Assembly: GCA_965153355.1 (NCBI GenBank)
Contig: OZ231126.1
Span: forward strand, 41,044,001 to 41,108,000
Reading direction: 5' to 3'
Origin: Flaccisagitta enflata
Taxonomy: Eukaryota
DNA length: 64,000 nucleotides
In this document: positions 36,396 to 49,366 of the stretch, one piece after another
Position numbering within the stretch: position 1 is the stretch's first letter
Layout of the letters: each line of letters begins with the position of its first letter
Notes under the pieces: model-generated
The model's input: the letters and a program-made list of their open reading frames with translations, nothing else
Database searches by the model: none
Told to the model about the DNA's origin: nothing
Position numbers and translations under genes: made by a program

Positions 36396-39300
36396 ATGTC
36401 GGACCCAAGTAAGCTTTTAGCGCTGCACGGATAAAAATAAGAAATAGATATTTCAAAGAATTGGAAAATTATAAGACACTCACCAGTCTATAGATTTGTG
36501 TCTTTATCATGCGGTTTTGGTATATCTAACTTCTCTGAAGTTTACCATTGTGCGGCCAAATTGTCTCTTTCTATCAGGTGAAGTCATTCCACAAGAATCA
36601 CTGAGCAGTATAGTCGGCTTGGGATTAGGACGGCAATATGGATACTACTGGTGCACTTACGATGGCAGAAAAGAAAATTCAACTCAGAGACTCGAATCAT
36701 TTGATGAGATTCGTGAGCAGATTCTCGAAGTTGTTGACAAAGACGCAAAAGTTGAAGTCAGACTCTGCACCACTCCCATCAAAAGCAGCAACTTGTTTGG
36801 CAAGTTTGTGGGTAAAGTTGCCAAACATTCCATGATCTTCATCAATACTGTTGACAGAAAACCTGGTCAAAAATTTCTGTCAATCGAAAAATCATACTTT
36901 GGAGTTTTGGCACAATTTTCCACCTGCCAAGAAGAGGTCGTTTTTCAGAGAGCATACAAAGAACGATCTCAAAAGCCGAAACAAGAGAATGAAATGGATT
37001 GTCTCATGAGCATCACGCTGTTAGATGACGTCTTGAAGGCTTTCTTGAAGCAAGGCCGGATATTTCCTATGGAACGCTACAACATCTTTTCCAGAAATTG
37101 TATTACGTTTGCCAATGATTTCCACGAACTAGCTGAGATGTGCGATTCTGCTGTAGAGTTCAGACTACCTGGTGTCTCTGGCAGCATTCGCCTGAGTGAC
37201 CAAGAGGAGATTTTGGGGTACTTTCAAAAACAGTATCCTGATTGCTCTGGGAAGAATACAGTCCATTTTATCCCAAAACATGCACATTTTCAACTACTGC
37301 ATAATCTTGACAAGATAAGAGCCGTTGATGAAACTATGAAGACACGGGAAACCACAAATGGGTCAGTTGAAGATCAAATTCATCCAAAATCACATGCAGA
37401 AAAGTGCCTTTTGCGAAGAGATCTGGCAACAAGCAATGCACATACCTCATCATGGGAAGTTGGCTTCCTCATCCAGAAACAGCATGTCGACAAAATCCAG
37501 CATTTGGTTATGAAAAGTATACTTGACCATTTTGAAGGAACCCCCAACGGTTCAGTATTCATTTTGCCATATCTGGGCCAGAGAAACGTACAACAAGCGA
37601 TTGGTTTGACTGATTCAAATCTTTCCTTTAAGTGGATCAATTTGCTGAAGAATGTTTCACTTTCAAGGAAGTATGGTCTCCTTTGGCACTTTGAAACACA
37701 AACGTTATTTGGTTCCAGTCTGGAGGAAAATGTCAGAAAAGCAAAAAGCATTCTCATGCAAGTGTATAACATCGCAAATGTAACTGAAAAAGATGTACCA
37801 ATCAATATCGTTAGCATAAGTAATGTCCGTGACCATCAATCAGACATAGCAGGAGTACGATCTGTTGATAAAACAACCCTCAAACCCTCTCTCTGGTATT
37901 GGGTACTTGCAAACGAAGCAAATGTGGAGGATGCCATGAAACAATTGTTTGCAGCCATGGGAAACCATGTACGTGCTGAGGCTTCAGTAGCCGCCATTGA
38001 AAAGCTTGCCAGCATGCTGATGGTCCTCCATCATCTCGAAGATGACTTTACATTGACCCACACACAGAAAGTGAATCAGTCAGCAGATAGAAACTTCATG
38101 ATGCTTACTACAGAGCAGGCAAACATAATTGATCAAGCAAAGCAAGCTTTGATCAAAAAAGATTCAGTCCTTCGCCTGCTGGTCAAGGGATGTCCAGGCA
38201 GTGGGAAAACCCTGATCCTCCTTCAAATTGCCATGCACTATCTGAGAGCACACCCAAATAAAAAAGCATACTTGCGCATCTTCGAAAAGTTCAGTGAGCT
38301 TACAAATGAGCTACAAGGAAAATTCATCAATCAATGCACCTGTCGTAATCGCCCAAAAGGCGGACAAGAGGAAAGGATGAAACCTTGCTCTGCTCCACAC
38401 CATAGATTGATCATCATGTCATCCAATGAAGATGTCGATTGGACAGAGGTCGGTTTAGCAATGATTGATGAATTTGAAGGTCGGCACTCCAGTAAGGAAG
38501 ATGTTCAATTTCTAAAGAAGGCCTGTATCGGTGTTGATCATGATATTCACGTGGTCATTTCTACCAGTATGAATTCCATTGATTGCAACCTTGTCAACAA
38601 GCTGGCTTTTGAGCCTTTCAAGAACAAACAAAGCTCGTTCTTTGAAAAAAATAATCCATCACGCTTTATTGATGGCTTTGAAAGTACGAAGAGCAGCTTG
38701 GTCCTATCAACCAACCTCAGGTCTCCCTCGGCAGTGGTGAAATTTGTCCATGATTTCCATCGGCATATCATGCAGTCAGAGGGAGTGAAAACCGCTGAGA
38801 GTCCAGGAGACTTCGATGGTGACATTGTAACTTGTAGAGAGGATTCACATTCACCACTCAGCGCGAGAGGTCTAGAAATTAAAGAATGGAATGACAGCGG
38901 GAGAGATGAATTCATCGCTCAAGCAACTGACCGTATCTTGCAAGAAATGAATGACAAAAACGCGTTTGGGATGATTTGTCATTTGTCCCACTCGACCATT
39001 TGTCGTAAAATTGAGAATGAGGTGAAAAAATCGAATCATGACAACAGAGACAAGTGGAAATTTGTTGATGTGCGGGAGTCTCTTGGGTGCCAGTACCCAA
39101 TTGTCATTGTTGTCATCGATTTTGCAAGTGCGGCAATCAATCTCTCCTGCTTGGTAGAAGCCGCAACGAGAGCAACCATGAAGCTCGTCTTACTGTCTAA
39201 TAACACAAAGTTACCTTGTGTAGGTTAGTTTAACAATATCCGTCGGCAAACTTTCATTTCAGAATGGTGCTAATCAGTAATCTGTACCTTACCCCATGTC

Positions 39301-42300
39301 AGCCTGTTATCCCCAAATGCCCTCTATATCAGTATGACACATCTCACTTTAGGTTATCAAAATAACGTGTGGAAGGCAGTTGTACGGCATAATGGCAATA
39401 TGTAGTTAATATTCACAATTGAACGCTCAATTTTACTACACAGATTTTGAATCATCCTTCCTTACGTTTAACCACTCAACCTGCCCAAAGAAGGATCTGA
39501 AGAATTGTTTGCAAGATTTGCCAAAAGTGATAAAGAATGGAGAAAAGTATTACGCCGAAAGAGAACAACGAATTAACGGACAAAATACTGATGGCACCGT
39601 GGTTGCATATTCAGAATGGAGGACTCAGAATGTTGAGCCTAAACTTTACATACTCACTGAAGATCTTCAACGTTTGTCAGTGCAGGTATGTGGGTATTGT
39701 GATTTGCGCAAGTTTTCTTCAGAAATCTATTAATATAGCTTTTTATAGTTATTATGAAGTGTTTCCACTATCGCCGTGAGGAAAAAAGTCGTAAGCTTTG
39801 GTCACTTCTCATCAAGCTTTTGTCTTCAGTCACTACACTTTTTTATTTGTTGGATAGAATCCTAAGCTATTGTATGAACACCGTGTTTCCTAGCTGTGGT
39901 AGGTAAGAAAAAATGACTCAGCATTACAACCTATTCTAGGGTGTTGTTTAAGTGTAGATGCATATCAACATACTTGAAAGTAAAAATTCTGTTGGGATTT
40001 TTTTGAGAAAAATAGATAAACATGGTAAATTTTCACATTCTATGTTGTAACTTTTTAGATCAATTTTTTTTGTATCTTTGAATGTGGATTTGAACTCAGG
40101 AAGCACTTCCTGGTTCGTTTGATATGTCACACTATATGCTTTCAAATAAGAAAGAAAGTTCATTTTTTTGGTAAAATAATACAATAATAAATATTGTTTT
40201 GAGTATTTAGAGACAAAATGAACTTTTCATTCTTCTTTAAAAGTATATAGTATGACATGTCCAACAAAACAGAAAACGTCTGAATTCAATTCTGATCTCA
40301 AAAATAATCGAAAAATTGATCACAAAGATTTATGGCAAGAAGTATGAAAAAACTGTGTTTTTCATATATTTCTCAAAAAAGTCCCAACAGAATTTTTAGT
40401 TTTAAGCAGGGTGGGATGCACCTACATGTAAGCAACAACCCAAAAAAGGTCGCTATGCTGAGTCACCTACCACCTACCACCTACCACAGCTAGGGAACAC
40501 GGTGTGAATTGATTGCACTGAAAAGTAGAGAAAATAGAACTGAGCCAAATGAGCTAGATGAGCTAAAATACTGAAAATCACTCATCCAGACAAGCAGTTA
40601 TACTCACTGACATGTTTTTAGTCGCAGACTAGTGACTCTATAAGAGGCTTTGTCCATCCGTCGATCCATTGGTTGGTCCATAGAGGTCATCAAAGCTGGT
40701 GTCGTGGTGAGCAAACCACGGATGGGGTGAAATTCATCAATTTCAAAAGTCATAAAATTGAACAAAATGATACATTGTCATGTAGCTTACTCAAAATTAC
40801 AAATAAAATCCATAATTGGAATTTCTTATGAAAGGTCATTTTTCATAAGAATTAGGCCAAGAAACGCATAATTGGCAATTTCATTTCTTAAAAATTCTGC
40901 AAAATACAGTAAAAAAATCAATATAACAGTAAAATCTTTATTGTTAACTTGCAAACAATTATATGTGATCATGTTTTTGAATTATTTTTTGATTTTTTGA
41001 AAAAAATCTCTATAAGTAATATTTCTGGCTGGGTGGGCTGTTGGAGAAAAAAATTTCTCCCCTAAGTCCCTTATGATGCTTGTGACGAGGAATCTTTAAA
41101 GGAAGCTTCATGCAAAATTTCAACTAGATCGAACAATTATTATAGGAGTTATGCCATTTTTTCATCTTTTTATCTGGTAGGCTGGTTGGTCTGGTTGGAC
41201 GGCTTAACATTATTTAAGTTGCACCAGAATTCAGGCAAAGAACTCTCTTGACCTAGGTATCAACCATGTGAATTTCATTGGGCTTGCTCAGATAGTTCCT
41301 GAGATATGCCAATTTGAATTTTAAGAAATTTTACTAAATTAAGTGATTGCTTACAAGCTATAGGATGACCCCATAGACATTTTTGTTAAACTTGCATTTT
41401 GCTTGCTGGGACAGAATCGAGACAGGTCAAAATCCACCCTCCTACCCCTATTTTGGACCTCATAGGGGCAGTTGTTGGGTCAAATATTGGTTTGGTATGA
41501 CGCACCAGATAGTATGTTATGTCACCCAACCTTTGTGACCTTATGCATTCCAGCAGAAGAAGCGTTAACACTTCTACAATAGTGGAGAGTCAGGGTTTCT
41601 CGCGCGTATGTCGATACTCAGAATCAACCTCAAGTTGTTTTATATTTGCATGCTCAGACACGTACTAAAACATTTTATCATTTCATTTGATATCAGAAAT
41701 AACAATTGAGCTAAATGAGCTAAATGAGCTAGAATACTCCATGAGTAAATATGTTTTCTTGTATTTGCATGCTCAGACACGTTTTAAAACATCCATTCAT
41801 CCAAATTAATATCAGAAAAAAAGGACTGAGCTAAATGAGCTAGAGTACTAAAAACACCCTCACAAATGAGCAGCTATGCTCATAAACATGGTTTTTTGTA
41901 TTTGTACCCTACAAAACACATAAAATTCGAAAAAAATTCAATTTGAATTATTCATGAAAAAATCTTTAAAATATCATAACTCCATGAATATTTGTCATAG
42001 AGAATTCTGCTCGGCGCCAAATGAAAGAGAGTTATCAGATTCACTTTCCCTATCAATTTTATAGTAGGCTTCAATCAGCCCTATGAGGTTCCCGACTTCC
42101 TAATAAGAGATGAAGACAATGGCTGGAATTAGTCAAAAAGTCGAGGACTGACTTCGACTTTTTTCCCGACTAATTCATTAAGGATGCATCTAAAAATCGC
42201 TTTGCGTCCAAAATCATTGATCGTGCCTTTAAAATTTTATGCTGACATGTTATCTGGCTTACATCATTCCCACCAGATTAAAGATATCTTTGCCATAACA

Positions 42301-44847
42301 GGCTGATTTGCTGACTGGTTTGGATCACTGCCACGAGATAAAAAACGAGTCTGAGATTCCTGATGATATTGACAAGTCATCGCGCAGTCATCGTGCAGTC
42401 ATCGTGCGTATTCATAACTTGCGTCTCGGCAGTGGAACTGGACTCCACTTCACTAGAACAACCAAACATCCCATTCATCTTCTCCAAGTAGGTTCCAGAT
42501 AAAAACAAGCCCAAGAGGGCAACAGTCGCGTGCGTCTGGAAATGACAAACAAAAGAGTTCCTTCCCCCAAGGCCGCGCGCTATGTATTGATACAATGTTG
42601 ATACAATAATGATACAATATCGTCACAATATTGGTACAAAACAATACCCAAAAACACCCAAAAATAACCAAAGATACCCTAAAATACCCAGAAATACCCA
42701 AAAATACTCAAAAATACCCAGAAGTACCCAAAATTATCTGAAAGTACCCTATAGTACCTTCAGTACCTAAAAAACTTATATACCCTAAAGTACCCCAAAG
42801 TACCTTAAAGTACCCTGAAATACCCTAGAGTACCTTAAATTACCTTTAACAGGTCGCCCAAGGGCAATATGTGGTCAGCGATACCCGTTGCCCTGCTTTG
42901 CATGGTTCTAAATCGGAATGAGAGGCAGGGCAGCGGCCCTGAAGGGGATGAAGTCCTGTAGAACACAGGGGACATTCGTTCGTTTATCTGCCGTCCGTTC
43001 TTCCGTCCGTCCATCGGTCCGCCCCCCCAGGCTCTCTCAGGCTTTAAATCTGCCCTCTCAGACCTAAAAAATGTCCTCTCAGGCCTGAAATCTGCCCTCT
43101 CAGGCCTTGAATCTGAGAGGGCAGATTTCTGGCCTGAGAGGGCAGATTTAAAGCCTGACAGGCAGGTTTCAGGCCTCAAAGGGCAAATTTCAGGCCTGAG
43201 AGGGCAGATTCAAGGCCTGAGAGGGCAGATTTCAGGCCTGAGAGGGCAGATTTTAGGCCTGAGAGGGCAGATTTCAGGCCTGAGAGGGCCTGGGGGGGAC
43301 GAACGGACGGATAAACGAACGAAAGTCCCCTGTGTTCTACCGGACTTCGTCCCCTTTGGGGCCGCTGCCCAAAAACCTGAAAGAGTCATAATTTCAAAAA
43401 TGTTACGAACGGACCGATCGACCGACCGACCTACCGACCGACACAGCAAGGTGTAGAGTCGCGTGCACGCGACTAATAAGGCTCTCTAAAATGCCATCAA
43501 AAACACTTTTTGACGGGTTGACGGACAGACCAGACAGCTGTTTAGTGGCTCATAAGGTCGCCCCAGGGTTCAAACTTTAAAAGGGAGGATGGAATGTCAT
43601 GTGACACAATAGTGTTCTAAGGCTAGATGCAGGCTCTTGAGGTACAATTATAAAGGTTTGATTTTGGAGCCTAAAATTCAAAGACTACGACTGAACCGAA
43701 ACTACGCGGAGAATTTCAGCCTCTAAAGCTATATGATATACGGGGAGTACCTCGCCAAAGAGGACGAAAGAAAACGATGTATCTTAGCTTCTAGAAATAG
43801 TAGAATGATTATGTTAACAGGCGCAGAAAGCTCTTAAAAAACGATTTTTTTGTCTGTATTTTGCCAAAGGCTTAATTAAAAAACTGAATCCCTTTGTATT
43901 GTTTTAAATAAAATATAGTTTTTACTTTGAGTTTTTGCTTGTTTTGTTGTGTAATGACAAGCATCTTTTTATCCCACTCTCATTCCCAAACAAATGGTAC
44001 TACAATCTTGGCAATGGTCTTAAATTAAAGATATTATGCGGTAGAATCATACCTTTGCAAAAAATGAGAAAATTGTACAATATTGGTTGGGTCCAGAGAC
44101 TTTTTTGTAAGTTTCATCACAAAAAAGTTTCATGTGCATTGACAAAACATTCAATAACTATATTGAATGATACAATTTTGACAAAGGTCATGAGGGAATC
44201 CCAATCTTCAGTGTCCTAGCTTAACTGACAAACATTTCTGACCATTTTTTATCATCTTTATGTGTAAATGGCATGGAAATTCGAAGGAAATACCTTGTAT
44301 TGGGATGGAAATTGATATTTTTTGCTAAAAAAAGGCATTTTTCATGGTCTTGCTGAGGATATATGTTAACCATCACTAGCAAAAGTCTGCATCATTCAAA
44401 AATCGTCTGAAGTTATCTCTTAAAAATAATTTTCAGAAATGATTTTGCACTTCCAGAAGCAGAAATACATAGTTTTCTTTTGTACTGTTTGATGTGAAAC
44501 ACCCTGTATGAGGCTTTTGTGCTGACCCGCTATCCCCCTTCCTTCTCTGCTTAAATGTGCCGTTGTTATTCAAAAGTAATAACATGCTATCCCACTTACA
44601 GATTGTAGCTGGAAAAAAGCAGAAGGGAAACAAAAAGACACCAAAAGATACCAAAGATGCCGACGCAGCAATGACTGCAGATGATGACAAAACTGCAATT
44701 GGAAAAAATGCCAAGACTGCCAATGATGCACAGAATGGAAAAGATAAAGACTTGTATCATAATCGAGAGGATGAATGGCAAATGCAAAGAGCTGAAAAAA
44801 TTGAACTCCTTCATCAATTTTTGGCGAAACAGCATCTCTCTCGATGA
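36396..44847 (+). CDS. ~1110-aa protein: N-terminal permuted papain-like (PPPDE/LRAT-type) peptidase domain plus C-terminal Schlafen-like SF1 helicase/P-loop NTPase
   Basis: Proposed exons 36396-36408 (MSDP), 36578-39223, 39444-39685, 42302-42487, 44602-44847, all GT-AG and phase-compatible; AATAAA near 44990. Motifs: KHSMIF (His 36826), YNIFSRNCITFA (Cys 37099), LTTEQ, GCPGSGKT (38188-38211), MIDE (38467), NLRS, LGCQYPIVIV, ATRA. The last two exons are less certain. Confidence 0.8.
36578..39223 (+). CDS. Large main exon of the peptidase-helicase gene
   Basis: 2.6 kb open, non-repetitive frame (within ORF 36496-39228) bounded by ctatcag| and G|gttagt; intact Walker A and B. Confidence 0.9.
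39444..39685 (+). CDS. Exon of the peptidase-helicase gene (DFESSF...RLSVQ)
   Basis: cacag| phase 1 matches the upstream donor; CAG|gtatgt donor. Confidence 0.72.
39771..42170 (+). mobile_element. Copy of the 14993-15988 family carrying nested insertions
   Basis: Same terminal and internal sequences; interrupted at 39879. Confidence 0.7.
39879..40504. mobile_element. MITE with CACCG...CGGTG ends and 4-bp TSD TGAA
   Basis: CACCGTGTTTCCTAGCTGTGGTAG / CTACCACAGCTAGGGAACACGGTG; TGAA at 39875-39878 and 40505-40508. Confidence 0.85.
42302..42487 (+). CDS. Probable exon (ADLLTGLD...HPIHLLQ)
   Basis: aacag| acceptor and CAA|gtaggt donor, phase 0-0, unique sequence between repeats. Confidence 0.55.
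42928..43370. mobile_element. Inverted-repeat element with internal 21-bp tandem array
   Basis: GGGCAGCGGCCC...GTAGAACACAGGGGAC vs GTCCCCTGTGTTCTAC...GGGCCGCTGCCC; internal (GGCAGATTTCAGGCCTGAGAG)n in both orientations. Confidence 0.78.
44602..44847 (+). CDS. Probable terminal exon (IVAGKKQK...QHLSR*)
   Basis: cttacag| phase 0, charged tail, stop TGA, downstream AATAAA. Confidence 0.6.
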   Translation: MVAGKKQKGNKKTPKDTKDADAAMTADDDKTAIGKNAKTANDAQNGKDKDLYHNREDEWQMQRAEKIELLHQFLAKQHLSR

Positions 44848-45244
44848 CCACACTGTCTATTCATAACCTGAACAATGTGCTCTTTTCCTATCTAGATCAT
44901 AAGTTTTTCAACTTAATGAAAACTATCTTTCTTTCTTTTTTATAATTCTTAAACTATTAAGCTTTAGAATATGGAGTTACTTGAACATGAATAAAACTGC
45001 ATTGATTCTTATTGATCAAAAATGTTTTTGTATGACTATCATTAAAGAGGTAAGGTGAAAAACTTATGATCTAGGTGTTTTCTTCTATCCACATTGACCT
45101 AATGGCTTTAGTATTATTTCTTATATCTTGAAACCCTTACTGGAATTTCTTAAAAATAAATGCTTTGACTAAAAAAACTACCACAATTGTAATCCGTAAA
45201 TGAGGAAATCCTAATTGGTCAATACAACACAGTCATTATCCACT

Positions 45245-45700
45245 TATACTTACAGGTTTGACTAGGTGAGCGCACAGTTAATGACAACGCAGATTGGGTT
45301 GTCATAGTTAGCTTCAAACGATGCAATAAGTTACAGCAATAACTTAATTCAATTGTTTCTTTACAGATATGACTAGATGAGCCCACAATTAATGACAGAG
45401 TGGATTGGGTTGTCATATTTAGCTTAAAACGATGCAATAAGTTACAGCAATGAATTAATTCAATTGTTTCTTTACAGATATGACTAGATGAGCCCACAAT
45501 TAATGACAACGTGGATGAGGTTGTCATAGATAGCTTCAAACAACGTAATAAGTTACAGTAATGAATTAATTCAATTTTTTCTTTAGAGATTTGACTAGTC
45601 GAGCACACAATTGATGTCAACGTTGATTCGGTTGTCAAATTTATCCACAAACGATGCAATAAGTTTCAGCAATATGGTACTTTTATTGACTCTTTACAAA
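45245..45700. repeat. 111-bp diverged tandem repeat, ~4 copies
   Basis: TTTACAGATATGACTAGATGAGCCCACAATTAATGACA recurs at ~45360 and ~45471; 37-aa periodicity in ORF 45219-45659. Confidence 0.85.
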
Positions 45701-45829
45701 TGGTCGAAATTGTTTTCAGTTATAAAACTGGAAGTGACTACTATTGCGCACATGAAACAGCAGCCCAAAAATCAACTCGATATTTAATCTTCAAATGAAG
45801 TTTTTTTTTCTAAAATCAACTACAAAGTA

Positions 45830-46007
45830 CAGTTGCACCTTGCTACAGCGGATCCAATAGAAACATAAATCTGCATATAAGGGATTTTATACTTTGATCC
45901 TATTATATCAATTTCTTTTGATTTTTACATGAGCAAAAATTGAAATCCTGTAATAACGTATATTATCTATTGATCCTTCTTCCTCCATTATTGCGAAGGT
46001 TCAACTG
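45830..46007. mobile_element. Small Tc1/mariner-like MITE
   Basis: TA-CAGTTGCACCTTGC ... GCGAAGGTTCAACTG-TA. Confidence 0.7.
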
Positions 46008-46856
46008 TAGCAAGGAGTGTTGCTTTATTCTTACAAGCTGTATACAATCATTATTCATCAGGAAATCATCTTCATCAAAAGAAGCCATGGCTGTATTGAG
46101 ATAAGTTTCCTTTATGACATTTTGCATATGTAGTACTTTGACCTAATTTATATTTATACCTCCAAAATAACTGATACTACAACGCGTCTCTATCTCATGT
46201 CCAAGTATCGAAATGATTTTTGCCTCATCTTTTGATCGCGTGACCGAAGAAGTTCTGAAATCAGAAAAGCGCTGTCTAAGAGGAAATGGTCTGAGAAAGC
46301 AAAGAGAAGGAGAAAGACAGAGAGGATGAGGAAGACCGGAAAATGATTCAAAAATGCGGAATAAAGTTTATCGTAGTCAATCCATCACCATGGAAATAAG
46401 AAAAAAACACTATCAAAGCCACCGAGAAGTTAAAAGGGGGGCGGCAGGAGACACCGGCAAAGGAGAATAAAATGATGAGGAAGATGAGTATAAAGGGAAA
46501 AGATGAAGAAAAAGAAGCCGAAGGAAAAAGAAGAAGAAGAAGAAGAGGCAGAGGAAGAAGAAGAAGTAGTAGAGGAAGAAGATAGAGGATCAGGATAATG
46601 AAGAAGAAGAAGAGGATGAAGAGGATTAAGAAGAAGAAGTAGAAGAAGAAAAAGAAAAAGAAAGAAAAAGAAGAAGAAGAAGAAAAAGGAGAAGAAGAAG
46701 AAGAAGAAGAAGAAGAAGAAGAAGAAGAAGAAGAAGAAGAAGAAGAAGAAGAAGAAGAAGAAGAAGATAAAAGAGCAGGAGGGGAAGGTCAGGAGGAACA
46801 AAATAACTTGTTACAAATATTTCGAAAATCCGGGAATGAGGTGTTAATTTGAGTTT

Positions 46857-46927
<71 letters not shown>

Positions 46928-49366
46928 GCTAGAAACATTGATAGGATAGATCATGATTTGGCACAAGCGGGAGATAACATACACACCAACTGAGCTTCAC
47001 CACCATTACGCCATCTCAATCTCGCTGGCAATGATATGTTAACTTTGATTATAAAGACTTTTTTGTCAGGTGCAAATTGATCAAGATTTACTGCTACGAT
47101 ACACATTTGTAAATTTATACAGAACAATATACTAATTAGGAAAAAATCATTGAGTACCAGTAGAAATCATTTGTTAATAAAAGCCAATAAATCCAATTTC
47201 AGGCGATTCTGTACACTGTACATTTTGGAGTAATTTTCTTTTTTTCAAAGGTGTTCCTGCTCATGATTTTGTTCCTCGTTTGAGTTGGCGGAACTTGGGA
47301 ATTCTCATGGAGAAAATTGTCTAATTCCCCGTTCCTGATCAATGGTGTTGTTATTTTTCATTTGTTTGAGGATGTTTCTTAGGCTTCTCCTTGCGAACCC
47401 GCATCATCATCGTCATCTGTTTAAAAGATACCGTGCAAAGGAAAAAAGATAAAATTGTTGTCGTCTAGGAGTTGAGTGAAATCCATGATTTACTGTGTTA
47501 TGTGAAATCTCAGCAAAATTCATTCGCGATAACTTTTTTTTTCGTTCTTTGTTATAAGAAAAATAACTGAAGCGAACACTTCCGTGACATCTGTTCAAGT
47601 AAGTAGCATCTGGAGGTTCAAGTTATTGTGAGAGAAATGACAGACAGGATCCGTTTTTTTATGAGTATTTTCATCATCAAGACAACGTTCATGCCCTGAG
47701 TGGTTTGATTTGGTTTTGAACAAATCAATAAATGAAATTTACAATGTTCGAAATTGTTGAAATTGAATAAAAGACCTTTCATTACCTACGTCAACAGAGC
47801 CAGGTAAAGATGTATGTACTGTGGTGCCAGAAAGTAGTGTATAGACAGAGAAATATCGATAAAAGTGGTTGGGTGTTCATCCAGTCACAGACAATAGAGA
47901 TACTTGGTATTCAAGACAATTGAAATAAAAATATTTAAATTCACGTGATTATCCATTTCTATGACTAGGTTTTACAAGGCTTGGCAACCCGGTTTGCTCA
48001 TCTTGACCTAAACGAATAAATCCATATCACCATCCAATCATCCACATTTTGTTTTTTGAGTGGATGATGTTGCCTTGTATGATATGTGTGTTCATAAACT
48101 CTTGGAACTCCTACTGTCTAAGCTGCATCTATGGCTGATAATTAGGACGGAAAATTCACCATTTTTTTGAAATGTTTTTCCTAATCAATGTTCAACAGCG
48201 CCAAGGGGGTACCTTCACAAAAAAGGGAAGAACAACGGAGTGAAAGTAAACATGGTGTTGCTAAAGATGCATAAGTTGGGTTGAGCCATTGATAATTGTG
48301 GAACAAATGCGTTTCATTTGGGCGGGAAATGAAAAAAATTACATGAAAAACACTCGCTGGCCATGCGAGATGAAGTTTTTACTGTGAAAGGGCTAAACTT
48401 AGTGGATGCTTCATAGTTTCATCATACGTGGCTACTAAACGAATTAAAAAAAAAGACGCACTTTTGAATGGTTGATTGTGCCATTGAAAATTGAAAAAAC
48501 TAACTAAAATCTTAGACCATTTTGAAGCCCTTGAAAAACTCTTTCATTTGGCGCCAATCTGGTATCTCTATCTTTTTTCGTTTGGAAATGGCATTAGTTT
48601 GAGTAAAAATGTAGTCAAATTTGTTTTTGCAGTCCCTTTGAAAAAGATGCAATTCAGCAAAATGGTGTCTCACTTTAAAGAGCTCTAGCTCCTAAACCGT
48701 TAAAGATACAGATCTGAGATTGGTCTAGAATGAAAGATAATTTGAAAATCTATAAAAACACTCTCTCTGTAAAATTTCTTTGATACTTTTAAAGTCAGTT
48801 TTATCAGCAAATAAAAAGGTGCGTCTTTTTTTTAAATTCGTGTAGTAGTGTATTTTTCCACCCAAATGTAGTAATTGTGTTTTGTTTTGCTAAACAAACT
48901 GAAGTGCTGATTGTTATCCATCCTATCACATCCCGGTCACTCTCGCTTCGTAATTTTCTCAAATTCTCGTTTATACCTCCACCCATTTTGCATATGACAG
49001 AATTTTGGTTCCGGTAAGTTATCTCTAATTATTTTGAGCTAGATGAATAAGGCTTTCTTTTTTCTGATTAGGCGTTCTTTCAGATTTCACTATTAGGCCA
49101 TGCACACTACGCTGGTTGCTTTCCATCACTTTGCTGAATCATTCTTGTGTGATACTATCAGATAAAAAAGGTACAGTTTCATTTAAAATGAGCCATTTCA
49201 AGATCCCTTTCAAAATCTGTTACTTTATTGGAACCTTTTTAGGGGTCTGATTGAAGTTAACAAAGAATAAAAGGCATGTAATCCCTTATGAATCCCCTTA
49301 GGAAGATTCGAAAGTATCAGCGTAGTGAACACGACGTGTTTGTTGAAGTTGCGTTTCACGACTCAC

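Noticed and set aside
36496-36577. TTG-initiated N-terminus of the 910-aa ORF
   Set aside because: Reads as intron (pyrimidine tract plus CAG at 36577); the upstream ATG exon 36396-36408 fits the phase.
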